A DNA stretch of 64,000 nucleotides from Oikopleura dioica (taxonomy: Eukaryota > Animalia > Chordata), in contig OU015566.1 of assembly GCA_907165135.1 (NCBI GenBank), forward strand, positions 10,354,001 through 10,418,000, given 5' to 3'. Position numbers and translations under genes: made by a program. The notes beneath the pieces are model-generated. The model saw only the letters and a program-made list of their open reading frames with translations, was not told the DNA's origin and did not search any database. Positions 36,329-49,042 of this stretch are shown piece by piece. Each line of letters begins with the position of its first letter. Position 1 is the stretch's first letter.

Positions 36329-37759
36329 ATGGGAGTAATTACTCGTTTTTTCAAATGCGAGAACAAGAACTGCGCTACCAAGCCAGAATGGAACAATGAC
36401 GACCACCAGGTTTTTCTTTCGCTATATATTCAGCAAGGTATCTCATTATAAACGTATATGTACGAGTAGGAGTTCAAAGTACTCAACGGTTATTGTAGCT
36501 TGAACAGCAGCTGTGCAAAGACTGCAATAAGCTCACGAAGTACTTCAAATATGAGTGCGAAGGAATGCTCTACGGGAAATATCAATGCCACGGTTTGGTC
36601 AATTATTTTAATCAAGGAATAATTAGTTTCAAGGAAAATGCACAAACCAATGGACCTCCGCTGCCGCCGTCGAAGGCTCTTGGCAGCAGTGCCTCCGCTG
36701 CCGAAAGAAGGTAACGCCTTACTATCTCCGAGAGCACGACAGAAAGGAGGACGAAGATGAGAAGCTCGAGGAAGGAAAAGCCATTCAAAGCAAGGACAGA
36801 GCCCACGAACAATCGAAATGTGGCGAGTGTCTGCGACTTGCCACACAAAAAGCGTTCAAACAGACGTGCGTGGAATACTGGAGGATGAAGGCGGATCCAG
36901 AAAAGGAAAGACGAGCTCAAGAACGAGCGGATAAAAAACGACCAATGATCAAGTAAGACTCTTACTAAGAGTTCTTGCCTTATTGTTATATTGTTTATTT
37001 TTATATATACCAACGACCAAAACTAGGGCGGAGATGAAGAAGAAACAAGAATCGCACGTTGATTTCGTCAAATCCTTCACTGAGGCAGCCGAGTCGTCGA
37101 TTCTCAAGGAAAGTGACGAGAACCCTGCGGAGGTCAAAGCGGAGAAGCCAAACAAGAAGAAGAAGCGCAACAAAAGAAAGAAGACAAAGAAAGAATCAGA
37201 CATCAAGACTGAGCCCGTCGATCAATCTCAGCAGGCAAATTCTGACGACAAAAAGGGCGAAGTCAAGGATGAGCAGCAGGTGGAGGTCAAGACTGAGCCT
37301 CAAGCAGAGAAAGCTCCAAAGAAAAATAAAAAGAAGACTACCAAGAAGTCCAAGAATGTTGCGCCAGAAGCAGGAGATAACAATAATAATGGCTCTCCTG
37401 AAGGTAAGTTTCAACTCTCAAATGATTTCCTTAATTGTTCATCAAGCCGATCAAGCCAAAACAAACGAGTCTGCTGAGCCAGCAAAGAAGCCCAAAAAGA
37501 AGCGAAACCGCAAGAAGTCTCCAAAGAAAGAGTCCGGCGACAACAAAGAGAATGTGCTCGCTCCAAACGGTATCAATCTTATCTTCCCCGTAAATATCTT
37601 CTAACACAGCTTTCATGCAAAGAAGCTGCCGACGACATCACTGACAAAATGGCCGGAATGGCTGTTTCTTCGCCTCAAAAAGCTACACGAACTTCAACCA
37701 GTACTCGACGAGTTCTTTCTTCTTCTGCCCCCGAAATCAAGCCTAACGATCAAGAATAA
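36329..37759 (+). CDS. 3CxxC-type zinc-finger protein (ZAR1/RTP/ZCCHC24-like) with a Lys/Glu-rich tail
   Basis: Spliced reading GKYQCH|GKCTNQWTSAAAVEGSWQQCLRCRKKVTPYYLREH...RAHEQSKCGECLRL...TC matches the G-x-Y-x-C..C...W-x-S...Q-x-CxxC...H...CxxC pattern; an N-terminal partial unit (FKCENKNC...W; QLCKDC); not visible in the ORF track. Confidence 0.65.
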
Positions 37760-38546
37760 GTTTTCGCTTGCCAACCTTTTATTGATATTCGAATAAAATG
37801 ATTGAAAATTTTCACGCTTTTGATTTTTCTTTGAAAACGAGGGAAAAAACGTTAGATGTAGGTGCCGGATAGCAGGAAAAAAGGGTTTAAATAATTGGAA
37901 TAGCTGATTCTTCTTCAGGGCGCTCTAGTTGAGTGGTTACTTCGTTAACGATAATCATGAGTATTCTTAGGAAGAGCGTGAACTTAAAGACGATTCGAGA
38001 AGAGGAGAAAGAAAAGGAACGATCCTTTGATTGATTCCAGAGGCAGAGTTCGACGTTCGAACTCTGTCCTCAACAAGAGGCCAGGAGCCTTCCGATATTC
38101 TCCCGAAGCGACCTTGCGATTGCCCTAATTGCGAGACGATTCCCATAGACAAAAGTCTATCAGTAAACCTCTCACACAGTCGCCCTTTTTGTCAAAAATC
38201 TTCAAGAGCTTTCGTTGTTGATCCAGCCCAGTGATCTATCTTCTCGACCGCCTGAGTTCGATTTTCAGCGCGGGCTGACTTTTTTCACTTGTTGGAAATC
38301 CCTACACAGTGATTGGCTACGCGCCTCTATCAGAATATTCGGAAAATGTCGATGAGATAAGAGAAATGAAGTAAGAAGACAAATCATTATGAAATGCTAG
38401 AGCATTTCGCCCATTCAAAATATCATAGAATAGTTCAAACTGTAGTTCAGTTTTATTAAATACATACAATATTAAATCAACTGTTATAAAAATCAAAATG
38501 AAAACGAAAGGGATTCTTTAAAGCGAATAAACCCACCCTAAAAATA

Positions 38547-38848
38547 CCATGGAGTTGAACGCTTTAGGGAGAAGGCCTCCGATCCGCTTTCCCGTTTCCC
38601 GCGCAGATCACTCTCGGGGAAGTCTAGAAATTTTCCTTAGCGCCTGGTTTGCGCTTGAGGAGAATCTCGAGATTCTGAAGATGTGAATCTCGAGATTTTC
38701 TGATGTTTCGGCCAATCACAGAGCCGACAAGGGTTTTTGCAATGACTAGGTGCTCTTGCCGCGAAATTGCGCGCGCTCCAGATCGAGCGACGCTCAGGGC
38801 CAGCGTCGCTCAGATTCTCCAATCTCCCTTTAGAGCTCAACTCCATGG
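38547..38848. mobile_element. About 300-bp Tc1/mariner-type MITE immediately upstream of NOP53
   Basis: TIR CCATGGAGTTGA / TCAACTCCATGG flanked by TA on both sides (38545-46, 38849-50); IR extends imperfectly to AGGGAGA / TCTCCCT. Confidence 0.75.
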
Positions 38849-38896
38849 TATTCTTTACAAATCAATTCTACGAACTTCGTCTTCTAACAATAATAC

Positions 38897-38902
38897 TTTT
38901 AG
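38897..38902 (+). promoter_or_regulatory. Candidate spliced-leader trans-splice acceptor upstream of NOP53
   Basis: TTTTAG 8 nt before the ATG; similar acceptors precede GNG (9675-9680), PLCXD (30791-30796), CLCC1 (about 41932), NT5C3 (46408) and SLC39A13 (52388). Confidence 0.55.
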
Positions 38903-38910
38903 ATATTGTA

Positions 38911-40493
38911 ATGCCAGAAGTGGAAGAGCCAAAAACAAAGCGCGCGAAATTCTCGCGAAAGACGAAAAAGGGATGGAAGAAGATCGACATCAGTCAGGAA
39001 GAAGCTGCTCTCGAGCAAAAACGGTTTGAAGAGATCCATTTTGGCGGAGATCTTTCGAAAACAAAGGATGAAGACCTTTTTGTCATCGACAGAAAACCCG
39101 TTAAAAAGAAGAAAGAACTCGACAGAAGTGAGTAAATTCCATGAAAATAGTTTGTAACTGTTCTCCTAGCTTGTTATCATGACAAAATCCTGGCGAACAA
39201 GTCGAAAGTGGCCGCTGCTGTTCCGGTAGAAAATCGTCCTGAATCGAGAAAGTCCATTCTCCACAATGACAACATGCTCAAACGAAAAGCAAAAATTGTC
39301 GATGTTGCTAGAACTGATCTTTCGAAGGTAAGAGCAAATTTCCTTTCCATTATCTAAAGCTGCTTTCGTAGAAACTGACGGCTGAGCAGATTCTGGAAAA
39401 GAACAAAGGGTTGAACAACAACTATGATCTCTGGTCTGCCAATACTCTCACGGAAAAACAAAAATTCATTCCAGCAAAGCATGCAAAGCATTTGAGAGGA
39501 CTTGAGGGCGTCAAAGCACCTAAACACGTAAGAAAAAACCAAAAAGCAACCTTCAGATCATTCTTTTAGATGAAATTCAAGCCGAAAATGATGGAAAAGG
39601 TTGAAAAAGTCTCTGTAGCGCACGCAGGAGCAAGTTACAACCCGGACTATGATGATCATCAAGCCTTATTGCTCCAAGAGCATAACAAGGAATTTAAAAA
39701 AGTCAAGAGCGAAGATAGCTACAAGGAAAAAGCTAAACCGAAGAGTAATAAGATTTTTCGCTGCTTTAGATTTTCAATCCTTTCTTTCAGACGTCGCTAC
39801 GGAGGAAGAAATGGCGAGAGAATCAATGCGTGGCTTAGGAATCCTGCCAGATGAAGACGATGATGATCAGTACGAAACTGAAGAGGAAAGCACAGAGCCG
39901 GGATTTGTCAAGAAACCGGTCAGAGCTGAAGATAGAAAGGACAAGAAACAGAGGCGGAAAGAAAAACGAGTTTTGGCAGCTCAGCGAGCGTAGGACTATT
40001 TGAGATTTCTCATCTTTTTGAAGGCGGACTTTTCAGGGTTCGAAGAAAGAAACAAATGGCAATTTTGCTCAACCAGTTTTACTCAATCAAAAAGATCAAG
40101 AAAGGCCTCCGAGAGCACGAAAAAGAGCTAGAGAAGCAGAAAGAGTTTAGAAAAGAAAAACAGGAGAAGCGCGTCCCTCGAATCGGCGTTCTCAAGGCGG
40201 ATATGAATCCTGATCAAGATGTTAAACTTTCGGAAGAACTTGTTGGAACGCTTCGCCAGCTAGTTCCAGAGGGAAATGTTTTGACCGACAGATTGAAGGT
40301 GAAATATTCTGTTGAAATAATGGACTAATAATTTTTGCAGTCTTTTGAAGCAAGAACGATGCTTGAGCCGCGCAAAAAGCAGAAGCGACATAAACAGGCC
40401 TTCAAGACCAAGTGGCAGCAGAAGAGGACTTTCAGAGAGTGGGACGAACAGTTTGAGAAGGAATTGAAGAAGGAAGAAAAGATGGAGAGCTAA
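38911..40493 (+). CDS. NOP53: Ribosome biogenesis protein NOP53 (GLTSCR2/PICT-1)
   Basis: [78 protein letters not shown]; multiple GT-AG introns. Confidence 0.92.
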
Positions 40494-40627
40494 AATATTT
40501 TCTTGAATTGTGCTCTATTCAAGCGGACTTAAAATGACTCTTTCAGCGGTAAAATAAAATGATTTTAGAATGGAAATCGCAGTTGCAAAGGCGAAAATAA
40601 TCGGAGAAAATGATCTTATGACAAGGG

Positions 40628-41823
40628 ATGGTGAGATTCACCTTTTTCAAGGAAGCTTCTCAGAAGAGCTTTAATAAACCCTCTCTTTTGAAAAGAGTCT
40701 ATTTCGCCAGCGCATCTTTTGAGGGCCGGATCTACATCCATGGAGGCTGCAGAGAAGCTCATGGAAAACACCCAGAGCCTTTGGCGGAAATCCTCCTTTT
40801 CGATCAAGAAACTCTTTCTGTTGGGGAAGTCAAAAGTGAAACTCTTGCGCCAAGACTTTGCAAGCATCAGATGTCGATAAGGGATTATAAACTTCTGCTG
40901 GTTGGAGGGTGGGATGGATTAAAGAGACGACATCAGTGTTGGTTTTTTAATCTTAGGACGCGGCAGTGGATTTTGTTGAGGTAAGCACGCCTTTTTCTTT
41001 CGCTGATATTTTCATGATAGATTTCAGGGAGACCATTCCAAGCGGAGATGTTGAGCAGAGTCCTGCCGGTCTTAGTTCCCATTCTTTTTGCCCAGTTAGC
41101 GCTGATACCTACGTTGTTACTGGGAGAGAAGGCTCTGTTCGATTCCAGAAGAGATTCGCCTGCATATTTTCCCTGAAAATCTCTGAAGGAGAGGGAGAAG
41201 TTCCAAAGTACGAGTATGCTAGAGTCTCTCATCAAATGGGCTCGAGATCTGGTCACAGTTCTCATTATGCTCCAAGGTTAGAGATTTGCTAAATTTTGAG
41301 ACTCTAGATTTTGATTCATAGCTTTTGCCGCGGGAAGAAAAAGTGTCCGAATCTGTTGATGATCGGCGGAAGAAATGAAGAAACGATAGATTCTATGCCT
41401 CTCTCATCGTTTACAAATGTGAAAACACCCGAGTTTGACGCGAAACAGAAGGTGATTCTTGATTCAGTAAAAATGAAACTGAATAGCATCAAGCCTGCCT
41501 TTCGAATTCACGCTTCTCTATCAGGTACAAAACTACTTTCTCCCACTAAATTCATGAATCGATCAGTCGACAACTGGATAGTTCTCCACGGAGGACTCGT
41601 GTTCAACAAAATACGCGACAATGTCCTCGGCGACTCGTTGATTCTATACGACTCTAGCTCTTCCAGGTGGCACACGATCAAAATCAGCGGCGACAACAAT
41701 TGTCTTCTGAAAAGATTCGGCCATACGTTAGCTTCTTTGAATGGAAAACTCTACATTTTGGGAGGCTCGCAGAGCGATGAAACATTGGTCTCTCAAATGC
41801 TCGAGCTCGTTATTGAAAATTAG
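40628..41823 (+). CDS. KLHDC9: Kelch domain-containing protein 9-like
   Basis: LLLVGGWDGLKRR, PAGLSSHSFCPVS..VVTGREGSVRFQKRFACIFSL, kelch HGG/IGG/LGG motifs; 3 exons. Confidence 0.85.
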
Positions 41824-41945
41824 AATTTATGTCTTCTGTATCGAAAAATTCTTTCCTGCTCCGAATATTTTCTTAGTCCGAAAAAACAGTATTTTTATAG
41901 AAAGAACCCTGCTTTGATTATTGTTTCTTCAGAAATTTATCCAAG

Positions 41946-43373
41946 ATGAGACTCGTTAGTCTATTCGTTGTCGGAATAATTTGTCAACAAGTCGATCCTT
42001 CGGCCGACAAGCGTTTGCCGTTGAAATATAAGAAAGGCGATTTTAAGAAATCCCTCAAATCATCTTCTGATGGAGAAACGAGCTTCACCAAAGAGTTCTA
42101 CGAGCAAGACCGAAAGACACAGCAAATGCTCTGTCGAGGTCTTGTTGAAATCGATTACAGCAAAGCATCAGCCGTTGAAATTCTGATTCGAATAATGGAG
42201 CTAATCGAAGTGACGGGAACCATCGACGAGGTCGAAAGCAAGTTGACCGTCATGCTCAACATGGACAAACTAGAGGAGTTAAAATCGACACCAAATGACA
42301 CTCACCTAGTAAGAAGTCCCCTTTTCAAGAGACAAAAAACATTCATGAACTTACTTTCAGACAATCTCAGAACTTTCAAATAGCCTGAACGATCTGCTCT
42401 ACCCCGTTCAACTCGACGAGCGAAATCTCCTCGAAAAGACTCTTGATCGACTTGGAATCGACATGATGACGTTCTATGTGATCGTTGGTGGCACGATCGT
42501 TTTTTCTACCATAACTTTCGTCCGATTTCACGGAAGAGGATTGGTGGAGCAATTTGGTGTCTCGATTTTGCTGAAAATAACTTTAACTGTTCTTTGGCTT
42601 CTAAATTTACCCGCAGCGTATGAAAAAGCGCTGCAGAAAGAAACTGCTGAATGGAAAGCCGCTCAATTCAAAGGTTAAAATCTACAGTTTTTTTGTCTTT
42701 CTTAAAATGTTCTTCAGAAATTCCAAATGAATGCCGAGGATCGCGTTCTATAACCGACCGTTTGTCCGGCTTCTTTTCGTTCGACACGATAGACCCTTGC
42801 GTCAAATATCACCAAGGAATGATTGAACCAAGATATCGAGTTTCTTGGTTCGCTGTTGCTACGAGTTCTTTCATGGAAATAATCAACCCGGTTTTTACTG
42901 AAGTAGCGAGGGGAATAAGATCCAGTTTGGATACGCTCTTGGATGGAAAGGGCTTCTATCATCAATGTAGGCCCCTCTTTGCTTTTATTTTTGTCAATTT
43001 TCTAGTGATTTACTCTCTTATCACCCTCATCGTCTTCATCTTTTCCTTCATGTGGATTACCGGATTCAAGTTCAAGCTCTCCAGCCTCCTCTTCGGCATC
43101 GAATTCGGCCCAGAACCACAGGAAAATCAAAAATCGAAACCAAAAGAAGACGAAAAGAAACTTTTGATGATCGAGAACGCTCTTCAGAAAATGGAGGCCC
43201 TGCAGCTGGAAATGTCCAAAACCCTCCACGATTCAAAACAACGTGCCAAATTCGCGGCTAAATTCAGCCTCCCGGCTCCCAAACCCGGGCCAAGTGGAGA
43301 CCACTTGCCAGTTGAAAACATCTCTCAAAGAGAAAACGATGATTCCGATGGCGATTTCGAATGCGTCAACTAA
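41946..43373 (+). CDS. CLCC1: Chloride channel CLIC-like protein 1 (MCLC family)
   Basis: Signal peptide, TM segments, and AYEKALQKETAEW..CRG..DPCVKYHQGMIEPRYRV..FMEIINPVFTEVARGI, which parallels the CLCC1 DPCxKY..P..V..EP..G region; joins ORFs 41946, 42463 and 42651. Confidence 0.7.
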
Positions 43374-44888
43374 AATCATTTTTTCTTTCTCACTGCCATT
43401 TATTCTTTTTTTCAAACAGGTGCTCATTTAAAATTTTAAATATTCCGAAGTTGTGGTTTCGCGATCATCCAGCATTGATTTGCGCGACTCCAGAGCACGG
43501 AAAAGACCTTTACTTGGAATATTTTGTGATTTGACTTCCACAAGAGTTTTGTTTTGAATTCTCCGCGTATGATTTTCAATGAATCTTTTCCTAGAAATCT
43601 TCCGATTAGTCCACTTGCCGAGTTTGATAATCCTGACGGGTCTAATTATATCGCTTATAAATTAGGGTCCGGCATGGATCAGGGTCAGATTTTTTTATAA
43701 GCCCATTTCACTTTTATCGGATTCCCTAGGTCAAAAAACATATTTTATTCCATTACAGTGAAGCTTGAAACCCAACAAGAAAAAATTTACAGGCAATATA
43801 AATCGACATCAAACAGTTGATTTTCTTAAGTTCAATAGTTTCATCAGTTTTAAGCTGTTTCCTGTAATACCAAAGCCAATACTTGTACTTCTATCCTCTG
43901 ATAGGTAAACAATAAACTTTGCGCCATTCCACATGTAAATCTTTCTGTGATTATCAAAACTGCAACAGAGCATTTCTAGAGCAGAATAAGGGAAAAGGTG
44001 CAAGTTTACATAAGCATTTCCTTGATTTCTTCAGGCAGTTCTTCGAGCGTAAAATTGTAAGTACCAGGGCATTTCTCATGTGAGTTTAATGAAATAGCAT
44101 CAAGCTTGAAAATATTTTTCTTTTTTTCTCAAAACATTTTAACTCGTGGCCTTTGACTTTTCGAGGATCTTTAATGAGCCACTTTCCAATTTAGAAATCT
44201 GAACAGTACAATTACTGCCCCACTCTCCGATACGTATTTTAATCGCATTTTCTTCTCTCTGGACCCAAATTTTGGGCTCACTTCGTTGATCTTTCAAGAG
44301 CGTGATTTTGTGAGAGAAATTCTTGGAAAGACAGATGGAATCGCCATCTTCATTTGTGACTTTTGAAGGCTTGAATTTGCGAATAATTATCGGCGGTAAA
44401 TTTTTATGAAATTTGATACCCGATTTATTAGATTTTACCCTTCATTGATCACTCATTCTGAACTAAACAAGCGCATCACTTTTCTGCTACATTCACTTTT
44501 CAAGCCTTTTCTCTATATTTCATTGTCTCTGATTTTGCTTTAAAAACCAGAACGACTATCAGCAGGATCATCCTTGTTTGAATTTTGCTCTGAGAAAATA
44601 TCAGCTCTGATCTGAAATCTGAGCCTCAAACTTCGATTTATCTCGATTCTAAAATTGCCTTGTGAATTTTTCGACGAACAAAAATCATCCATCAACTGTG
44701 TTGTTTCACGAATAGCTATAATCATATATTACCGTTAAATTGACGGCGTCAATAATTAGCAGCCTGCACCTTTTTCATTCAAATTGCCTTTTCGACTCTT
44801 TTTTTATGTCGATTTGTTATTTAGAAATGCTCAACTCTGAAATGATCACTCCAGCTTAGGGCTAAACTAACACTCTTCCACTTGCAGA

Positions 44889-45805
44889 ATGAACGAGCTG
44901 CCGTATGTAATCAGAAAAAACATTTTCGAGAAAATTGGCAGTCAAAAGCCAAAAATTAAATGGTTTTATCCAAGTGGACTTCCTCGGTAAAATCACAATG
45001 CTTTTCAAATTTCATTTTTCTAGGGAAATTACGAATGAAATGGACACGCTATCGAACCAACTGAAATTTTGCCTCGTTTATCCTGAATTTTTAACGAAGT
45101 TAGGTTAGTCTCTAGAAATCACTAGAATGCTGGTTTTATTGATTTGTTCCATTCAGACCTGAATACGAAAAGACTCCCCCTGAAGTGCCTGTATTTGCTG
45201 CACTACTTTCCAGAGTACAGTTCCAGGACAGAGAAAGAAATCCGCGCACGATTACGTAACGACGCCAAAGCATTTGAACACATAGAACACGAAGATGGAT
45301 CGTGGGAGGTGCATTCGTGGACGATTACTGACATTATTGGAGATAGAGAGGAACATTCGGACTGGGCTTTCAGGTAAAAAAAGAAGTAACTCATTTCCTG
45401 TTTGAACAGAGAAAGTAATTTTACTACACGATTTCTTGATGAAATTTTGAATAGATGGGGATCCAACTGAGAAATCTTCGAGGGAACCTTTCAAGAAAAA
45501 GAATCCTGCTATTTAGAAATTGAACTTTCTTTTGGTTTATTATATGAAATGTTACATAATGCCCTAACCCGTTATCTTTTGCGTAGAATCAAGTCCCTCG
45601 CGTCGCACTGTCTGATCGACATTTGTTTTTGAAAAAGCGCGAATCGGCCATGTTTTTTTTTCTTTCAAAATCAAATTTTAAAATGCGTGATTTGCGATTA
45701 TATCTCTTTCAGATATTACTGCGAGTACTTGGCATTTCTCATCGACTTATCAGTCGTGCGACTAGAAGATTCGTCCTCGCTCATGGATTTTGCAAGGAGA
45801 AATAA
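44889..45805 (+). CDS. Hypothetical multi-exon protein with an N-terminal F-box-like motif
   Basis: ttgcag acceptor then MNELPYVIRKNIFEKIG (LP..I...IF pattern); downstream exon-like blocks; structure unresolved. Confidence 0.3.
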
Positions 45806-46418
45806 ATTCAAGAAGAGTGAAGCATTTTTGGCCGATGCTCTTTTGTTCTCATGAAGAAAAAACTTATCTTACCTCAATAACTTCCTTTATTTTTATCTAT
45901 CGCTTCTTTATTATGTTGTGTACTCAAATATGCTAATCTAAAAAGAACTTTCATTGTGACTGTTGAAAATTTTAAATATTCTATGCAATTATATCTTTAT
46001 TTTTTATTGTATCTTAAAATTCCCTCATCATATTGTGCTATCTAACTACTGCTCTTTCTACTGTTATTTCTGTCAACCCCTTTCATTAAGTTTACCCGAT
46101 TTTCTTTGGTAAAAGAATCGCTCCTTACGCCCTAAAGACATTTGAAAATCAAAACTTGATTCTTATCAACTTTCGCCAAATTTTAACTTGGTTGAAAATT
46201 TCAACTTGAAATGAAGTTGAAAATCAAGGGTGTCCTCTTTAGGTTTTCCTATCGGATATTCTCGAACAGCGACAGTTACAATTATTTACTGGAGCGATTT
46301 TCTTGCCAAAGAATTGGTCGTTATCAATTGATTGGGTAAATCTTCTGTCTTCTATAAATAAGCAAAACTGTAACTCAATTCTCAAGTGTTATTTTTCATT
46401 ATTTTCAGAAAGCGCAGT

Positions 46419-47530
46419 ATGTCCACATTCGCCGCTCAAATCGCCGTTGAAGACAAAGTTCTTGTCGGAGACGCGGTAAAGGTGAACGCAAAAGTGGCAG
46501 AAATCAACAAAGCTGGCGCGAAAGAGATCCAATGTGTTTTCGACTTTGATGCGACGATTTCAAAGCACAAACATAATGGCGAACACGCTGCCTCGTGCCA
46601 TACTGCGCTGGAAAAGACCCTGGGCGAAGAAAAGTACTCGGAAATGGTTGAGTTGAGAAACAAGTTCATCAAGATTGAGTTCGACCCGGCCCTGACGCCT
46701 GAAGAAAAATCGCCTCACATGACAGAGTGGTGGTCAACAGCGCACAAGAAAATCGTCGAACATCATGTTCAAAAACAGAAGATTCAAGAGTCAGTCAGAA
46801 AATCTGCCATTCACATTCGAGAAAGAAACGATGAGTTCTTCAAACTATTGGAGGTAAATTTACACAAACAGTCCATTTCAGGGCTCAATTTTTTTTTCAG
46901 AAAACGCCAGTTCTTCTCTTTTCAGCTGGAATCAAACAAATAGTCGAATACGCGATGGAGTACAAAGCTGCTGCTGGGCTAACCTCCAACATGGGTGCGA
47001 AATCTTAACCCCCTGGCGGCTTTTTAATCCTTTCTATTTTCAGACGTCGTTTCGAACGAAATGATTTTCGACGAAAACGAGAACGTAGTAGACTTCTCCG
47101 AGCCACTTATCCACACCTTCACGAAGAATACGCAATCGATTGGCGAGACTTGGCGGCGAAAACTGCGTGAAAGAAAGAATGTTCTTCTCATGGGTGAGGA
47201 TCTTGTGGGATTGAATTGGCGATGATTAGAAAATCAATTTAGGTGATAGCGAAGGAGACCCAGATATGGTGAGGGATGATGATTTGGCTGAAGGAGGAAC
47301 TTGCTTGAGGTGAGAAATTCTCAAACTGAAGAACGAGGCCTCTAGAACAGCCTTGTGTTTTCATCTTTCCCCATTTATTCAATTCATTCAGAGTGGGATT
47401 CCTCAATCGCGATTCCCCCGAAGCCAGAGAAAAGTACCAAAAACTCTACGACATCGTCATCGTCGACGACGAGAGCCTCTCAGTTCCTATCAAAATCGTT
47501 CAAGCAATCCTTTCTGTCGACTCCGAATAG
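46419..47530 (+). CDS. NT5C3: Cytosolic 5'-nucleotidase III (HAD family)
   Basis: CVFDFDATISK, IEFDP..EEKSPHMTEWW, VLLFSAGI, VVSNEMIFD, LIHTFTKN, NVLLMGDSEGD, VGFLN, YDIVIVDDESL; 5 exons, GT-AG. Confidence 0.93.
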
Positions 47531-48099
47531 AGCTCTCTTTTGTTTGTGAATTCTAGATCATTTTTTTTCAAATAGCCTATTTTTCTCTAGATCTCGCCAG
47601 GTTGGCTGGATCATCGCAAACAACCTATCTTTACACTGATAACGACAATTTTTCCTTCTCTTTTTCAGTCATAACTTTCGTCTTCAGCGCCAGAAAAGTT
47701 GGCGGTTTCTAGTTCCATAAAGCCCAATGGAGTGAGTTTATAGGTACTATCGTTTCTTCTTGTGCGTCAAAACACAATCTTCTACCACTAATGTACTGTT
47801 ACTTCTGTGCCTCGATCTTCACTTGTGAACTTGTTTACCTGAACTTCATTTAACAACATTCTTTTTTTCCGTTTCAATCAAAAACTATTAACAAAACTTA
47901 AAAACTCTTACGACGGGCTTATTTTTCAGGTAAGCATATGTCCAGGCAAGATGGTTTTAGACCCCGCTGCGGTACTTGGCACGGAGACGATCAAAAACTT
48001 CATCAGGAAAGTTCAAAAATTCGGGTCTTCTGAAACTTCAATTTGAAATCAAGGAAGACTCTCTTCTTTTCTTTCAAGATCCTTCCTTCTTCTGAACTC

Positions 48100-48647
48100 T
48101 GGAAAAAGCAACTGTTAGAGCGCGATTCACCTGTCCATAACCAACACTCCCAGAATTCCAATTTCATCAACTCGTTGAGTAACGAAAGCAGAGAAAACGG
48201 TAAGAAAATCTTTGATTGAAAGGTCAACGCTTATTTCTCCGTAGCGATTTTCAGACAACCCTCAGAAGAGGAGATCAAGAAACAGTTCGAAGAAGCGGTA
48301 ATTTCGTCGATCCAAGGAAGAGACTTGAAACTCGATGAAGTGTGAGTTAATTTCTTTCTATATTTCTTTTGATGGTTAAATCGGTTAGATGGAACTACGT
48401 TGTGACTAAGTTTGGACACTTGACTGAGCACCCGAACTGGCGGACGATTATTCAGCACACGCTTCGGAGTTGCCCAGATATTGAATGCGATCAAAACAAC
48501 AGATATTTCTTGAAGGTAGGTTTCATGAAAAGAATATTTGAAATAGCAACTATTCACAACTGAGAAATGCATGAATTTCTCGACGATTAAGTTTAAACTT
48601 CATCGACTTATCAGCTCTTACGAAAATAGGGTGACGAGCAAACCTAA
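48100..48647 (+). CDS. Divergent forkhead-like winged-helix protein; 5' end unresolved
   Basis: Exons 48245-48341 and 48389-48515 give EEAVISSIQGRDLKLDEVWNYVVTKFGHLTEHPNWRTIIQHTLRSC, paralleling forkhead helices H1-H3. Confidence 0.5.
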
Positions 48648-48784
48648 AACCGTTTCCCACGCGGCTAGATTAGTTCTTTGATTTCGTAAGAATTGCGTCG
48701 AACAAACCGTATAAAACTCTCCGTTTATTCTCATCTTTTTTCATTCCCGTCTTTTTTCAACAAGAGAAATGTTATGAAAACAAA

Positions 48785-49042
48785 ATGCCTGAAAAACGGG
48801 TTAAGACGGACGCGATCATGACCCTGAGCCTGACAAAAGCCCAACTGGCGCAGCTAAATCAAGGCAACAGTTGCTTGTGTCTCATGCCCCAAGAAGCGGA
48901 CTTCGAAAACCCGGAAATAGCGAGAGATTCGATGTTCAAACCGGACGAGTCGGAGATCAAGGATGAGCCAGTGTCTTCAGATGTTCCTCCATCGGATTCT
49001 CCGGAAGGGGTCGGATATGATATGAGCTTGAACGGCTTTTAA
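48785..49042 (+). CDS. Short hypothetical protein
   Basis: ATG-initiated 85-aa ORF with protein-like composition; no family recognised. Confidence 0.3.
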   Translation: MPEKRVKTDAIMTLSLTKAQLAQLNQGNSCLCLMPQEADFENPEIARDSMFKPDESEIKDEPVSSDVPPSDSPEGVGYDMSLNGF

